A stretch of DNA of 64,000 nt, from positions 742-64,741 of the forward strand of contig CAIYOD010000164.1 of assembly GCA_903927755.1 (NCBI GenBank), written 5' to 3'. Positions 25,827 to 36,062 of this stretch are shown here, one piece after another. Under the pieces are notes generated by a model. The model was not told the origin of the DNA. It saw only the letters and a program-made list of their open reading frames with translations, and did not search any database. A program made the position numbers and the translations under genes. Origin of the DNA: an uncultured Thermoleophilia bacterium (GTDB lineage Bacteria; Actinomycetota; Thermoleophilia; UBA2241). How positions within the stretch are numbered: position 1 is the first letter of the stretch; the number at the start of each line of letters is the position of its first letter.

Positions 25827-26816
25827 TCAAGCCCTCGGGTGGTGGAGATCGTAGGTGCGCCGCAGGTGCGCCCCGCTGACGTGCGTGTACACCTGCGTCG
25901 TCGAGACGGAGGCGTGCCCCAACAGTTCCTGGATGGCACGAAGATCGGCACCCCTCTCGAGCATGTGCGTCGCATATGCGTGCCGCAACATGTGCGGCGA
26001 CGCCGGATCGATACCCGCAAGCCGACTGTATTTTACTACGAGCCGGCGGATGTCCGAGGTGAGCAGCGCGCGGCCGCGGCGCGAGAGCAGCAGCGGGGCC
26101 GCGCGACGGGTGGTCGCAGCCTCGGCGGCGACGGGTCCAGCTAAGCCGCCGGCGCCTTCCAGCTCGCCGCGCCCGCGCTCAAGGTACCGGCGAAGAGCCG
26201 CCGCCGCCTCGTCGCCCAGAGGCACGATCCGCATCTTACCGCCCTTGCCGCGCACGATGAGCTGCGCTTGGGCAGCCTGCACGTCCCCCAGGCGCAGAGC
26301 GACGAGCTCCATGCTGCGCAGGCCACACCCGTAGAGCAACTCCAGGATGAGCCGGTCGCGAAGAGCGAGCGGGTCTGTCCCGTCAGTCGCCGCGACCAGC
26401 GAGTCCACGTCCGCCACGCTGAGGACCCGCGGCAGACGCCGCCGGCGGCGCGGCCCAGGCAGGCCGTGCGCCGGATCCGCGGCGAGGACGCCGGTCTCCG
26501 TGAGATGCCGCGTCAGACCACGCAGCGTCGAGAGCTTCCGCGCGAGCGTGGCCGGCGCGTAGCCGCGTCGCCCGAGATCGGCGGAGAAGGCCCGCACCTG
26601 ACGCCGGCTGAGGTCCGCGACGGTGAGGTCGTCTTCGGCCAGCCACTCGAGCAGCTGCTGCAGGTCGGACGAGTACGACCGCCTCGTCGCCGCGCTCGCG
26701 CCGCGCACCTCCAGGTCACGCAGGAACGCACGGCAGGATCCGTCCGGATCGGCCTGCGCCACTGCGGTGTCGATCGTCTCGGGCTGTTCAGAACGGGGCT
26801 CGCGCGGAACCGTCAC
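25827..26816 (-). CDS. xerC: Site-specific tyrosine recombinase XerC
   Basis: HMLRHAYATHMLERGADLRAIQELLGHASVSTTQVYTHV, in the conserved dprA-xerC-whiG context. Confidence 0.85.
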   Translation of the reverse strand: MTVPREPRSEQPETIDTAVAQADPDGSCRAFLRDLEVRGASAATRRSYSSDLQQLLEWLAEDDLTVADLSRRQVRAFSADLGRRGYAPATLARKLSTLRGLTRHLTETGVLAADPAHGLPGPRRRRRLPRVLSVADVDSLVAATDGTDPLALRDRLILELLYGCGLRSMELVALRLGDVQAAQAQLIVRGKGGKMRIVPLGDEAAAALRRYLERGRGELEGAGGLAGPVAAEAATTRRAAPLLLSRRGRALLTSDIRRLVVKYSRLAGIDPASPHMLRHAYATHMLERGADLRAIQELLGHASVSTTQVYTHVSGAHLRRTYDLHHPRA

Positions 26817-26881
26817 CAGGTACCCCCTGAGGCGACCTAGGTTTCAACGCCAGGCGCTCGCCTTCCTGCCTGCGCCGAGGC

Positions 26882-28120
26882 TCAGCCCCTGAGCAACCGG
26901 TACCTCCCTCCCTCGACGCGCCGCGCCAGACCCTCCACCTCGAGATCGCTCACCGCCGCGGCCACCTTCGCGACCGGGAGCTTGCAGCGCCCGGCCAGCT
27001 GATCGATCGTCAGCGACGCGGCCGTGAGTTCGTGCAGGACGTCGCGTACGGCCGCGCCGCCGTGATCGAGAACCAGAGCGGGAAGCGTCGGCAGGTCCGC
27101 GACGCCCGTCGCGCCGCCCGGCCCCGAATCGTCGACCGCGATCGCGAGCAGCACGTCTTTCGCGCTCTCGCAGACCCGCGCCCCGTCGCGAAGCAGGCGG
27201 TTGGGAGCCTCGCTGAGCCCGCGTCCCGCCTCACCGGGCACGCACAGCACATCTCGGCCGAGCTCGGCGCCGAACTCGGCGGTGATCCTCGCGCCGCTGC
27301 GTTCCCTGCCCTCGACGAGCACGACCGCCCTCCCCAGCGCCGCCATCACACGGTTGCGGGCGGGGAAGCGCCACCGCCGCGCGGGGACGCCCCAGGCGAA
27401 CTCGCTGACGATGAGGCCGCCGGCAGCGACCCGGGCGTAGAGAGCGGCGTTGCTGCGCGGATAGACGACGTCGGCGCCGCAGCCGAGCACGGCGACGGTC
27501 GCCGGATCCACCGGCGCGGCCGCGTCCACGGCGGCGGTCTGGGCGATCGCGTCGATCCCCATGGCCATCCCGCTGACGACCACGAGGCCGGCGCGCGCGA
27601 GGTCGCCCGCGACGACCCGCGCCATCTCTTCGCCGTAGGGCGAAGGAGTGCGCGTGCCCACCACGGCGACCAGCGGGGCGTCGACGATCGCCGAGAGCCT
27701 GGCGCGTGCCGTCGCAGCGTCGGCGCCGCCGCGGACGAACAGGCAGAGCGGCGGATCCCCGAGGTCGCGCAGCTGGTCCGGGTACAGCGCGTCGCTCCAG
27801 GCCACGACCAGATCCCCGGCCGGGCGGCGTTCAGCCCTGCCCAGACACGCGACCGGACCCTCGCGCAGCACGGCTTCGAAGGACCCTGCGTCCGAGGCCG
27901 TCTCCGCCTGCTCTCGCTCCCGTTCGCCGCGCTTCGTGCCGGAGCGAGCGCGGGCCGGGTGGCCGGCGGCGAAGGCCGCGATCTCGGCCGGAGGCCGCCC
28001 GAGCACATTCGCGGTCGTCCGGTAGCGGAGCACGAGCTGCTTGATGAACGCGGGGCGCCAGGAAGCCAGCGTGCCCAGCCACACGCACATGGCCCGGGCG
28101 CCGACAGGCTCCTCAGCCAC
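26882..28120 (-). CDS. dprA: DNA-processing protein DprA
   Basis: VVGTRTPSPYGEEMARVVAGDLARAGLVVVSGMAMGIDAIAQ and FPARNRVMAAL. Confidence 0.85.
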   Translation of the reverse strand: MAEEPVGARAMCVWLGTLASWRPAFIKQLVLRYRTTANVLGRPPAEIAAFAAGHPARARSGTKRGEREREQAETASDAGSFEAVLREGPVACLGRAERRPAGDLVVAWSDALYPDQLRDLGDPPLCLFVRGGADAATARARLSAIVDAPLVAVVGTRTPSPYGEEMARVVAGDLARAGLVVVSGMAMGIDAIAQTAAVDAAAPVDPATVAVLGCGADVVYPRSNAALYARVAAGGLIVSEFAWGVPARRWRFPARNRVMAALGRAVVLVEGRERSGARITAEFGAELGRDVLCVPGEAGRGLSEAPNRLLRDGARVCESAKDVLLAIAVDDSGPGGATGVADLPTLPALVLDHGGAAVRDVLHELTAASLTIDQLAGRCKLPVAKVAAAVSDLEVEGLARRVEGGRYRLLRG

Positions 28121-29651
28121 GGTACTCCCCCCTCCGGTCTCGGTAGCTCAGGCTCTCCGAGACGTGGGCGACCGTGATGATCTCGGCTCCCTCGAGGTCG
28201 GCGATGGTGCGCGCGACCTTGACGATCCTGTCGGCGGCACGCGCGCTCAGGCGCATGCGATCGTAGGCCCGGTCCAGCTTCGCAGTCGCCGCAGGCTCGA
28301 GCAGGCAGTAGCGCCGGAGGTGCCGGGCGGTCATGTGGGCATTGGCATAGGCGCCCGTGCCGGCCAGCCGCGCGGTCTGCCGTCGACGGGCGGCGCTCAC
28401 GCGCTCCCGGATGGCCGCCGAAGCCTCGGAGGGCTGCGCCGTCCGGCGATCCCTGGGCGGCACGCGAGGCACGTCCAGCCGCAGGTCGATGCGGTCGAGC
28501 AGGGGACCGCTCAGCCGCGAGCGGTACTGGCGGAGCCGGTGTGCGAGGCAGACGCACTCTCGCCCCGGATCGCCGGCGAAGCCGCACGGGCAGGGGTTCA
28601 TCGCGGCGACCAACATCAGGCGCGCAGGGTAGGTCACCGAGGTCAGCCTGCGGCTGATGGTCACCTCGCCGTCCTCGAGCGGCTGGCGTAGACCCTCGAG
28701 CGCCGAGAGCCGGTACTCGGGGAACTCGTCCAGGAACAGCACGCCGAGATGGGCGAGGCTCACCTCGCCGGGACGCGGCGTGCCGCCGCCTCCCACGAGA
28801 CCCGGCGACGAGATGGTGTGGTGCGGCGCGCGGAAGGGCCGCCGCACGACGAGCGGCTCGCCGGATGGAAGCAGACCGGCGACGCTGTGCACCCGGGTGA
28901 TCTCGATGGCCTCGTCGCGGGTCAGAGGCGGCATGATGCCGGGCAGCCGGCGCGCGAGCATGGTCTTGCCGGCGCCGGGCGGTCCCGTCATGAGTACGTT
29001 GTGGGCGCCGGCGACGGCCACCTCGAGCGCGCGCTTCACGCCGTCCTGCCCGAAGATGTCCGAGAAGTCGGCTTCACCCGGCGGGGCCGTGGTCAGTAGC
29101 CCGTCGAGGTCGACCGGCGGAGCCGCCGCCCCACCTCCGGCCTCGAACTGCGCGACGGCCTCGGAAAGGGATGCCGCCGCGTACACCTCCAGCCCGGAGA
29201 CGAGTGCGGCCTCTGCTGCGTTGCCGGCCGGCAGCACGAGGCCACGGACGCCGCGCGCTCTCAGGCTCTGCGCGACGGCGAGGGCCCCGGCGACGGGCCG
29301 AAGGGAGCCATCGAGCCCGAGCTCACCGACCGCGGCCAAAGGCCCCCTGCCGTCGGAGCCGTCCCGCACCTGCCCCGTCGCGAGCAGAAACGCCAGCGCG
29401 ATGGGCAGGTCGAACGAGGGGCCCTCCTTGCGAAGGTCGGCGGGAGCCAGGTTCACCGTGATGCGTCGCGAGGGGAACTCGTAGGACGAGTTGACGATCG
29501 CGGCGCGCACCCGCTCCCTGCTCTCCTGGACGGAGGCATCGGGGAGGCCCACCACGCTGAACGCCGGCGCCGCGGCGACCACGTCGGCCTCGACCACCAC
29601 CGGGTGGCCCTCCAGACCGCTCAGCGCCTCACTCGCGACTCGCGCCAGCAC
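28113..29651 (-). CDS. comM: YifB/ComM-family Mg-chelatase-like AAA+ ATPase
   Basis: GQDGVKRALEVAVAGAHNVLMTGPPGAGKTMLA and GVLFLDEFPE. Confidence 0.9.
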   Translation of the reverse strand: MLARVASEALSGLEGHPVVVEADVVAAAPAFSVVGLPDASVQESRERVRAAIVNSSYEFPSRRITVNLAPADLRKEGPSFDLPIALAFLLATGQVRDGSDGRGPLAAVGELGLDGSLRPVAGALAVAQSLRARGVRGLVLPAGNAAEAALVSGLEVYAAASLSEAVAQFEAGGGAAAPPVDLDGLLTTAPPGEADFSDIFGQDGVKRALEVAVAGAHNVLMTGPPGAGKTMLARRLPGIMPPLTRDEAIEITRVHSVAGLLPSGEPLVVRRPFRAPHHTISSPGLVGGGGTPRPGEVSLAHLGVLFLDEFPEYRLSALEGLRQPLEDGEVTISRRLTSVTYPARLMLVAAMNPCPCGFAGDPGRECVCLAHRLRQYRSRLSGPLLDRIDLRLDVPRVPPRDRRTAQPSEASAAIRERVSAARRRQTARLAGTGAYANAHMTARHLRRYCLLEPAATAKLDRAYDRMRLSARAADRIVKVARTIADLEGAEIITVAHVSESLSYRDRRGEYRG

Positions 29652-29714
29652 GGCTCCCCCCTCCTGTCACCACATCCACGCAGGGTCCGCCGGCTCCGGC
29701 CGGCCGCAGCGGCC

Positions 29715-30089
29715 TCATCCGTCCAGCGTGAACGCGCCGGCCAGGTGGCGGACGGCCGGCGGTCGCACCGCGCCGTCGACGGCGATCACATCGAAGCGGA
29801 CGTCGCTGACGCCGCGCAGGGCCCAGGGGCGCACCGAGAGCCAGAGCTCGGCCAGGCGCGCCACCTGGCGCCGCTTGCGTGCGTCCACGGCGTCCTCCGG
29901 CGCGCCGTACTCCGCCGTCCGCCGCGCCTTGACCTCGACGAAGGCGAGGACGTCACCGCGACGCGCGATGAGATCCAGCTCGCCGCGACCGATGCGCACG
30001 TTGCGGCCGAGGAGAGTCCATCCGCCTCGGACGAGGTACCGGGCGGCCGCCTCCTCGGCGGCCCGACCGAACTGTTGCCTTGCGTTCAT
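29715..30089 (-). CDS. yraN: YraN-family (UPF0102) endonuclease-like protein
   Basis: GRAAEEAAARYL..GELDLIARRGDVLAFVEVKAR. Confidence 0.85.
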   Translation of the reverse strand: MNARQQFGRAAEEAAARYLVRGGWTLLGRNVRIGRGELDLIARRGDVLAFVEVKARRTAEYGAPEDAVDARKRRQVARLAELWLSVRPWALRGVSDVRFDVIAVDGAVRPPAVRHLAGAFTLDG

Positions 30090-30245
30090 GGGAGGAGCCT
30101 AACGAGGTGCGCGGCGCACTCAGAGGGTGCCGAAGGGGCTGCCGGGATGACGTTTAGGGATCGCCAACCGGCCGGAGCGACGGGCCAGGCTCACGGCAGA
30201 GGCGAACGTCCACCACCGGACCAGCTCCGGCACACGGCTCGAGCC

Positions 30246-30905
30246 TCAGCGCTCGGAGGAAGCTCCCAGTCCAAGTCCGAGCTGCTGGTAGGCGGCGCTG
30301 GCGAACGACAGGCGGTGCAGCTCGCAGACGCCGTGCTCGCAGATCGCCGCCTGATGAGCGGCGGTCGCGTAGCCCACGTGGCTGTCGAAGCCGTAGGCGG
30401 GATAGCTCTCGTGCAAGCCGTGCATCACCCTGTCCCGGGTGACCTTGGCGACGATCGAAGCGGCGGCGATGGCGGCCGACAGACGATCGCCGCCCACGAC
30501 GGCCCGGTGCCCGCGGGCGCAGTCCGGGAGTCGGAAGCCGTCCACGAGTGAGACGTCCGGCGCCGGGTCGATGCGCTCCAGAGCTCTCGCGAGGCCGCGC
30601 AGGTTGCAGCGGTGCAGGCCGTCCCGGTCGATGGTGGCGGGCGAGAAGAGAACGACGACGACCTGGCGAGCCAGGCGGACGATCTCGGGGTAGAGCGCCT
30701 CCCGCCGCAGGCGAGTGAGGCGCTTCGAGTCGTCGAGGCCGGAGAGAGCTTCGCGGCCGGCCTCGTCGAGCGCCGCGTAGTCGAAGCAGACGGCGGCGGC
30801 GGCAAGAGGGCCGGCGAGGCATCCCCGTCCGGCCTCGTCCGCGCCGGCGACGGAAGCACCCTCGGCGCCGGCGGCCGCGAGATCGAAGGCGAAGCGTTCG
30901 TTCAC
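30246..30905 (-). CDS. rnhB: Ribonuclease HII
   Basis: AGADEAGRGCLAGPLAAAAV and LDDSKRL. The true start is probably GTG 30905 (VNERFAFDL), after the lepB stop. The listed ORF extends to 31097 and overlaps lepB. Confidence 0.85.
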   Translation of the reverse strand: MNERFAFDLAAAGAEGASVAGADEAGRGCLAGPLAAAAVCFDYAALDEAGREALSGLDDSKRLTRLRREALYPEIVRLARQVVVVLFSPATIDRDGLHRCNLRGLARALERIDPAPDVSLVDGFRLPDCARGHRAVVGGDRLSAAIAAASIVAKVTRDRVMHGLHESYPAYGFDSHVGYATAAHQAAICEHGVCELHRLSFASAAYQQLGLGLGASSER

Positions 30906-30925
30906 GGCCGCGGGTCCGGCCCCTT

Positions 30926-31531
30926 CTAGTTGACGCCGCCGATGCGGTCCGGCGGCCAGTACCGCGCGAACGCATTCCCGACCAGCTGGCCGCGGGGCAC
31001 CGGACCGAACTCGCGGCTGTCGCCGCTGTCGATGCGGTTGTCGCCCATCACGAAGTAATTGCCGGCCGGCACCTTGTAGGGCGCCTGCAGCGACCACGGC
31101 AGCCCGTTGTCGAACGGGTCCGATGGGACCGCCCGACCGTCGATCCGGCGCACGTACGGCTCGTCGAGCTTGTCGCCGTTCACGTACACGGCGCCGTCCT
31201 CGAGCGAGATCGTGTCACCCGGCATGCCGATGATGCGCTTGATGAGCACGGGACCGGCGAACGGCGGGTGGAAGACGACGATGTCCTGCCGGGACGGATC
31301 CGAGAACCGCCACGAGACTCGGTCGACCAGCACGCGGTCGCCGATGAGCAGTGTGTTCTCCATGGAGGCGGAGGGGATGCGATACGGCTTGACGAGGAAC
31401 GCCTGGATGAGCAGCGCCACGGCGATCGCGACGACCGCCAGCACGACGTACTCGAGGATGGTGCGGCCGGTCGAGGTCTTCTTGCCGCCCTTGCCGGCGG
31501 GCTCGGAGCCCGCGTCCTGACTGCTGTTCAT
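30926..31531 (-). CDS. lepB: Signal peptidase I
   Basis: IPSASMENTLLIGDRVLV and MGDNRIDSGDSREFG. Confidence 0.9.
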   Translation of the reverse strand: MNSSQDAGSEPAGKGGKKTSTGRTILEYVVLAVVAIAVALLIQAFLVKPYRIPSASMENTLLIGDRVLVDRVSWRFSDPSRQDIVVFHPPFAGPVLIKRIIGMPGDTISLEDGAVYVNGDKLDEPYVRRIDGRAVPSDPFDNGLPWSLQAPYKVPAGNYFVMGDNRIDSGDSREFGPVPRGQLVGNAFARYWPPDRIGGVN

Positions 31532-31561
31532 CTCTCTCCTGATCCGCCGGGCGGGAGTGTA

Positions 31562-32122
31562 TCAGAGCGCCCGAAGGCGCGAGAACGGCCAGTATGTGGC
31601 CAGCCCTTCGCCGACGATCGCCGTCCGCGGCACGGTGCCCCAATCGCGGCTGTCGTCACTGTCCGTACGATTGTCACCCATCACGAAGTAGTGGCTGCCG
31701 GGCACGCGGTACGGTTCGGCCAGCGACCAGGGATCGTGCATGGTGCTGCCGGCGATCGCCGCCTGCGCCACCGTGGGGTCGATGTGACCCCCGGAGCGGT
31801 GGACGTAGGGCTCGGCCAGCCGGCGGCCGTTCACGTAGAGACGGCCGTCCCTCACCTCGAGCGTGTCGCCCGGCACCCCGACGACGCGCTTGATGAAGAC
31901 CACGTCCGGGTCCTCGGGGTAGTGGAACACGATGACGTCACCGCGATGTGGGTCTCGCAGGTGATACACGACCCGGTTGACCAGCACGCGGTCGCCCGGC
32001 CGCAGCGTGTCCAGCATCGACTCGGACGGGATGCGATACGGCTTGACCAGCCACGACTGCACGGCAAGCGCCACCAGGACGGCCACCACGACGATCGCGA
32101 CGTACTCGAGGGCGCGCTTCAC
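31562..32122 (-). CDS. lepB: Signal peptidase I (tandem second copy)
   Basis: IPSESMLDTLRPGDRVLV and MGDNRTDSDDSRDWG. Confidence 0.9.
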   Translation of the reverse strand: MKRALEYVAIVVVAVLVALAVQSWLVKPYRIPSESMLDTLRPGDRVLVNRVVYHLRDPHRGDVIVFHYPEDPDVVFIKRVVGVPGDTLEVRDGRLYVNGRRLAEPYVHRSGGHIDPTVAQAAIAGSTMHDPWSLAEPYRVPGSHYFVMGDNRTDSDDSRDWGTVPRTAIVGEGLATYWPFSRLRAL

Positions 32123-32151
32123 GGCGCTGACGGCCTCGCCGCCCCCTCAGG

Positions 32152-32496
32152 TCAGCGCTGCTTCTCGCGGACGCGCGCCTGCTTGCCGACCTTCTGGCGC
32201 AGGTAGTACAGCTTCGCGCGACGGACGTCGCCGATGGCCGTGACCTCGATCTTGTCGATCTTGGGCGAGTGCACGGGGAACGTACGCTCGACACCCACGC
32301 CGAAGGACTGCTTGCGGACGGTGAAGGTCTCGCGCACACCCTGACCCTGACGCTTGATCACGATGCCCTGGAAGACCTGGATGCGGTGCCGGCTGCCCTC
32401 GACCACCTTGAAGTGGACCTTGACGCTGTCCCCGGCCTTGAACTGGGGGATGTCGTCGCGCAACTGCTCGCGCTCGATGTTCTCGATGATGTTCAC
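32152..32496 (-). CDS. rplS: 50S ribosomal protein L19
   Basis: [32 protein letters not shown]. Confidence 0.95.
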   Translation of the reverse strand: MNIIENIEREQLRDDIPQFKAGDSVKVHFKVVEGSRHRIQVFQGIVIKRQGQGVRETFTVRKQSFGVGVERTFPVHSPKIDKIEVTAIGDVRRAKLYYLRQKVGKQARVREKQR

Positions 32497-32592
32497 GGAC
32501 CCTCGTCTTTCGTCAGAAAAGCGGCGGCTAGTCTAGCAGGGCGGGCCGGGCATGGCAAAACGCTCACCGGCCTCCGGCCACGAAGAGGTATC

Positions 32593-33252
32593 TTACCGCT
32601 TTCTGACCTGTTCCGCGCGCCAGCGCTCGATGGCGGCGTGGTGCCCGCTGCGCAGCACCTCGGGCACCTCCCACCCGCGGAACTCGGCCGGACGGGTGTA
32701 GTGCGGGTACTCCGCCCCGCCGTCGAGCTCCGGCGCATGCGACTCGCTGACGACGCTGTCCGGATTGCTGATGGCGCCGGGGAGCTTGCGTGTCACGGCG
32801 TCGAGCGTCGCCATGGCGGCGATCTCGCCGCCCGACAGGACGTAGGGGCCGATGGACACGCGGTCGGTGACGAGGTGCGTGACGCGCTCGTCGATACCCT
32901 CATATCGGCCGCACAGCAGGACGAGGTCACCGCCGGCGAGCTCCGTCGCGAGCTCGTCGTCGAGTTGCCGTCCCTTGGGAGTGAGCTCGACGACCCGACG
33001 GTCGTCCTTGACGCACTCGGCGTCGACGCCGAACGCGGCCTCGAGCGCGGCGCAGACCACGTCGATGCGCAGCACCATGCCGGCCCCGCCCCCGAACGGC
33101 GCGTCGTCGACCTGGAGGTGGCTCAGCGGCGTGTGGTCCCGGTAGTTCGTGAGGACGAACTCGTGACCGAGGTCCACGGCGGCCCGGATGTGCACCTGGC
33201 CGAGGTACCAGTCGAAAGCCTCGGGGAACAGGGTGAAGACGTCGAAGCGCAC
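32593..33252 (-). CDS. trmD: tRNA (guanine37-N1)-methyltransferase
   Basis: [26 protein letters not shown] and [11 protein letters not shown]. Confidence 0.95.
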   Translation of the reverse strand: MRFDVFTLFPEAFDWYLGQVHIRAAVDLGHEFVLTNYRDHTPLSHLQVDDAPFGGGAGMVLRIDVVCAALEAAFGVDAECVKDDRRVVELTPKGRQLDDELATELAGGDLVLLCGRYEGIDERVTHLVTDRVSIGPYVLSGGEIAAMATLDAVTRKLPGAISNPDSVVSESHAPELDGGAEYPHYTRPAEFRGWEVPEVLRSGHHAAIERWRAEQVRKR

Positions 33253-33254
33253 GA

Positions 33255-33767
33255 TCAGCTCGCGGGCTCGTCGAGCAGGCCGTCGACGACGACGAGCCCG
33301 TCGTCCTCGAGACTCACGAGCTCGTCGACCAGGGGGATGAGCACGTCGGCGCCGTCCGGCGCCCGCACCACCAGGATCTCGTGTGCAGGCGTCTCGAGCA
33401 CTTCGCGCACGTCGCCGACCAGACGGCCGGAGGCGGTCCGCAGCGGCTGCTCCAGCAGGTCGCCGACACGATAGTGGGGCTGCGCATCCAGCTCGGCGCC
33501 GGCCGCGAGGAGCTCGCGACCCTGCAGCGCGACGGCCTCTTCGCGCGTGGTCGCGAGGTCGAGAAGCACGAGAGGGCGCCGGTCCGTCCCGCCCACGCGC
33601 GTTACCGCGCAGGGGCGGGGCTCACCGGCGCCCTCTTCGGATACGTAGAAACGCTCGCCGAGCTCGAGTCTGTCGAGCCCGCCGGGCGCGAGATTCAGGT
33701 AGAGCTGGCCGCGGAGTCCATGGACTTTGCCCAGGACCCCGCAGGACCAGAGAGCAGACTCAGTCAA
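33255..33767 (-). CDS. rimM: 16S rRNA processing protein RimM
   Basis: [12 protein letters not shown] plus a PRC-barrel C-terminus, in the rpsP-KH-rimM-trmD order. Confidence 0.85.
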   Translation of the reverse strand: MTESALWSCGVLGKVHGLRGQLYLNLAPGGLDRLELGERFYVSEEGAGEPRPCAVTRVGGTDRRPLVLLDLATTREEAVALQGRELLAAGAELDAQPHYRVGDLLEQPLRTASGRLVGDVREVLETPAHEILVVRAPDGADVLIPLVDELVSLEDDGLVVVDGLLDEPAS

Positions 33768-33997
33768 TCAATGATCTCCACGATGGCGCGCTTGCCGTCG
33801 CGGACGGCCGAGGCCTTGACGATGGTGCGCAGCGCCCGGGCGATGCGTCCCTGCTTGCCGATGACCTTGCCGACGTCGTCCTTCGCCACTGAGAGCTCCA
33901 ACACGACGGTGGTGTCGGTTTCCGTAGCCTCCACGTGGACCTCGTCTGGATTGTCGACCAGCGACTTGGCCAGATACTCGAGCAGGTCCTTCAACAT
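33764..33997 (-). CDS. KH-domain RNA-binding protein (YlqC family)
   Basis: LEYLAKSLVDNPDEV and VGKVIGKQGRIARALRTIV. Confidence 0.8.
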   Translation of the reverse strand: MLKDLLEYLAKSLVDNPDEVHVEATETDTTVVLELSVAKDDVGKVIGKQGRIARALRTIVKASAVRDGKRAIVEIID

Positions 33998-34033
33998 CCC
34001 ACTACTCCCTCCGTCGTCTCCGAGAGGACATCC

Positions 34034-34279
34034 TTACTTGTCGATGCCCTTGATGGAGAGCAGCTTCTTGACCGTCCGCGAGGGCTGCGCGCCCTCACCC
34101 AGCCACTTCTTGGCCTTCTCAGCATCGATCTCGATGAGCGACGGCTCCATACGCGGGTTGTACTGGCCGATGGTCTCGATAGCGCGACCGTCACGCCGGG
34201 CGCGGGAATCCACGACGACGATACGGTAGACAGGGTTCTTGGTGCTCCCTACCCGGGTCAATCTGATTCGTACTGCCAA
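34034..34279 (-). CDS. rpsP: 30S ribosomal protein S16
   Basis: [22 protein letters not shown]; TTG start. Confidence 0.95.
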   Translation of the reverse strand: MAVRIRLTRVGSTKNPVYRIVVVDSRARRDGRAIETIGQYNPRMEPSLIEIDAEKAKKWLGEGAQPSRTVKKLLSIKGIDK

Positions 34280-34346
34280 CTTGTGTCACCCCCTCAGGGT
34301 AGTAGAACGGCGCGCTGCGACCGCACAGGGCCGCAGCGGTGTGTGA

Positions 34347-34375
34347 ACCTTATGCGACCCGGCTTCGGGCCGCAA
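34347..34375 (-). promoter_or_regulatory. Candidate sigma-70-type promoter for the rpsP operon
   Basis: The minus strand reads TTGCGG-N17-TAAGGT, just downstream of the ffh stop and about 70 nt upstream of the rpsP start. Confidence 0.4.
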
Positions 34376-34386
34376 GAATCGCTAGT

Positions 34387-35715
34387 TTACCCGCTCATGC
34401 CGGGCAGGCGAAACCCCTTCATCTTGCCGCCCGCGAACATCTTGAGCATCTTCTGCATCTCGCGGTACTGCTTGAGCAGGTTGTTCACGTCCTGGACGGA
34501 GGTGCCGCTGCCCGCCGCGATGCGGCGCCGGCGGCTGCCGTCGATGATGTCCGGGTGCCGGCGCTCCTGCCCGGTCATGCTGAAGATCATCGCCTCGATC
34601 CGGTCGAGCTGGCGGTCGTCGACCTGGACGTTCTTGAGGTCCTTCATGCCGGGCACCCCGGGCAGCATGCCGAGGATGCTCGAGAGCGAACCCATCTTGC
34701 GCACCTGCTTGAGCTGGTCCAGGAAGTCCTCGAAGGTGAACTCGGCGCGGCGAAGCTTCGCCTCCATCTCCGCCGCCTGCTTCGAGTCGAGCGACTCCTC
34801 GGCCTTCTCGATGAGGCTGAGTACGTCGCCCATGCCGAGGATGCGGCTGGCCATGCGGTCCGGGTGGAAGACGTCGAAGTCGTCCAGCTTCTCGCCGGTG
34901 CTCGCGAACTTGATGGGCTTGCCGGTCACGGCGCGGACGCTCAGCGCGGCGCCACCGCGGGCGTCGCCGTCGAGCTTGGTGAGTACGACGCCGTCGAGAT
35001 CGACGTGCCCCTTGAAGGCGTCGGCGGCGTTCACGGCGTCCTGGCCGGTCATGGCGTCGACGACGAGCAGCACGTTGCGCGGCTTGACGGCGTCGCGGAT
35101 GTTGACCAGCTCGGCCATGAGCTCCTCGTCGACGTGCAGGCGGCCGGCCGTGTCGATGATGGCCACGTCGCCGTGAGAGCGCGCGTAGGCGACGCCGTCG
35201 CGCGCGATGTCGACGGGGTCGAGATCGGCGCCGGGCGCGTAGCAGGGCACGCCGACGCGCTCGGCCAGGGTCTGGAGCTGGTCGATGGCCGCCGGGCGAT
35301 AGACGTCGGCGGCGATGAGCACCGGCTGCTTGCCGTCCTTCTTGAGCAGCTTGGCCAGCTTGGCGCAGGTGGTCGTCTTGCCCGAGCCCTGGAGGCCGGC
35401 CAGGAGCACGACGGTCGGCGGATGGCCGCTGAAGGCGAGCCTGGAATCGCCGCTGCCCATGAGCGCAACAAGCTCCTCGTTCACGATCTTCACGACCTGC
35501 TGCGCCGGCGTGAGGCTCTCCATGACCTCGGAGCCGAGGGCGCGCTCCTTGACGTGCGCCACGAACTCGCGCACGACCTTGAAGTTCACGTCCGCCTCGA
35601 GGAGCGCCAGACGGATCTCGCGCATGGCCGCGTCGATGTCCTCGGCGGTGAGCTTGCCATGGCTCTTGAGGCTCTGCATGACGCCCTGGAGGCGGTCGGT
35701 GAGTGCGTCGAACAT
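34387..35715 (-). CDS. ffh: Signal recognition particle protein Ffh
   Basis: MFDALTDRLQGVMQSL, LAGLQGSGKTTTCAKLA, DTAGRLH, and a Met-rich C-terminus. True start is ATG 35715; the ORF track extends to 35817. Confidence 0.95.
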   Translation of the reverse strand: MFDALTDRLQGVMQSLKSHGKLTAEDIDAAMREIRLALLEADVNFKVVREFVAHVKERALGSEVMESLTPAQQVVKIVNEELVALMGSGDSRLAFSGHPPTVVLLAGLQGSGKTTTCAKLAKLLKKDGKQPVLIAADVYRPAAIDQLQTLAERVGVPCYAPGADLDPVDIARDGVAYARSHGDVAIIDTAGRLHVDEELMAELVNIRDAVKPRNVLLVVDAMTGQDAVNAADAFKGHVDLDGVVLTKLDGDARGGAALSVRAVTGKPIKFASTGEKLDDFDVFHPDRMASRILGMGDVLSLIEKAEESLDSKQAAEMEAKLRRAEFTFEDFLDQLKQVRKMGSLSSILGMLPGVPGMKDLKNVQVDDRQLDRIEAMIFSMTGQERRHPDIIDGSRRRRIAAGSGTSVQDVNNLLKQYREMQKMLKMFAGGKMKGFRLPGMSG

Positions 35716-35791
35716 GCGTGATCCTCGATCGGTTTCGGGACGGTCCATGGTAGCACGAGCGGCGATCGAGACCTTGCTCGCAGGACGAACC

Positions 35792-35815
35792 GGTCTTACT
35801 CTTACCGGTAAGACC
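35792..35815 (+). promoter_or_regulatory. Palindromic operator candidate upstream of vapB
   Basis: GGTCTTAC-T-CTTACCGGTAAGACC contains a perfect 12-nt palindrome, CTTACCGGTAAG (35801-35812). It ends 16 nt before the vapB GTG and precedes GGGGAGG. Confidence 0.5.
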
Positions 35816-35831
35816 ATCGAGGGGAGGCGTC

Positions 35832-36062
35832 GTGAGGATCACCAGCAAGGGACAGGTCACCATCCCACAGGACATACGCGAGCGCTTCGGTCTGCTCCCG
35901 CACACCGAGGTCGAGTTCGTCGTCGAGGGCGACGTGGTGGTCGTGCGCAAGGCAGACACCGGCAGTTCCAGAGCTCGGGAGTGGATCCGCAGGTTCCGCG
36001 GGAGCGCAGACGCCGGAATGTCGACTGACGAGCTGATGCGCCTCACGCGCGGTGAGGACTGA
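35832..36062 (+). CDS. vapB: AbrB/SpoVT-fold antitoxin (VapB-like)
   Basis: RITSKGQVTIPQDIRERFGL; 76 aa. Its stop overlaps the toxin start (TGATG). Confidence 0.75.
   Translation: MRITSKGQVTIPQDIRERFGLLPHTEVEFVVEGDVVVVRKADTGSSRAREWIRRFRGSADAGMSTDELMRLTRGED

Noticed and set aside
25827-26816. Tyrosine recombinases at 25827-26816 and 50298-51251 considered as phage integrases marking mobile elements
   Set aside because: Both have the XerC/XerD-type C-terminal signature (LLGHA..TTQ.YTHV) and sit in the conserved housekeeping contexts (dprA-xerC-whiG; deoB-xerD). There is no adjacent tRNA, direct repeats or phage or IS genes.
32497-32592. Possible intrinsic terminator after trmD (GGCCGGAGGCCGG followed by TTTTG on the minus strand)
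   Set aside because: The stem is only about 4-5 bp and partly a direct rather than inverted repeat, which is too weak to call.
34382-36046. 554-aa Arg-rich minus-strand ORF overlapping ffh
   Set aside because: It is an alternative frame of the ffh gene. Its composition (RRRGRH runs) has no protein-like features, while the ffh frame carries all the SRP54 motifs.
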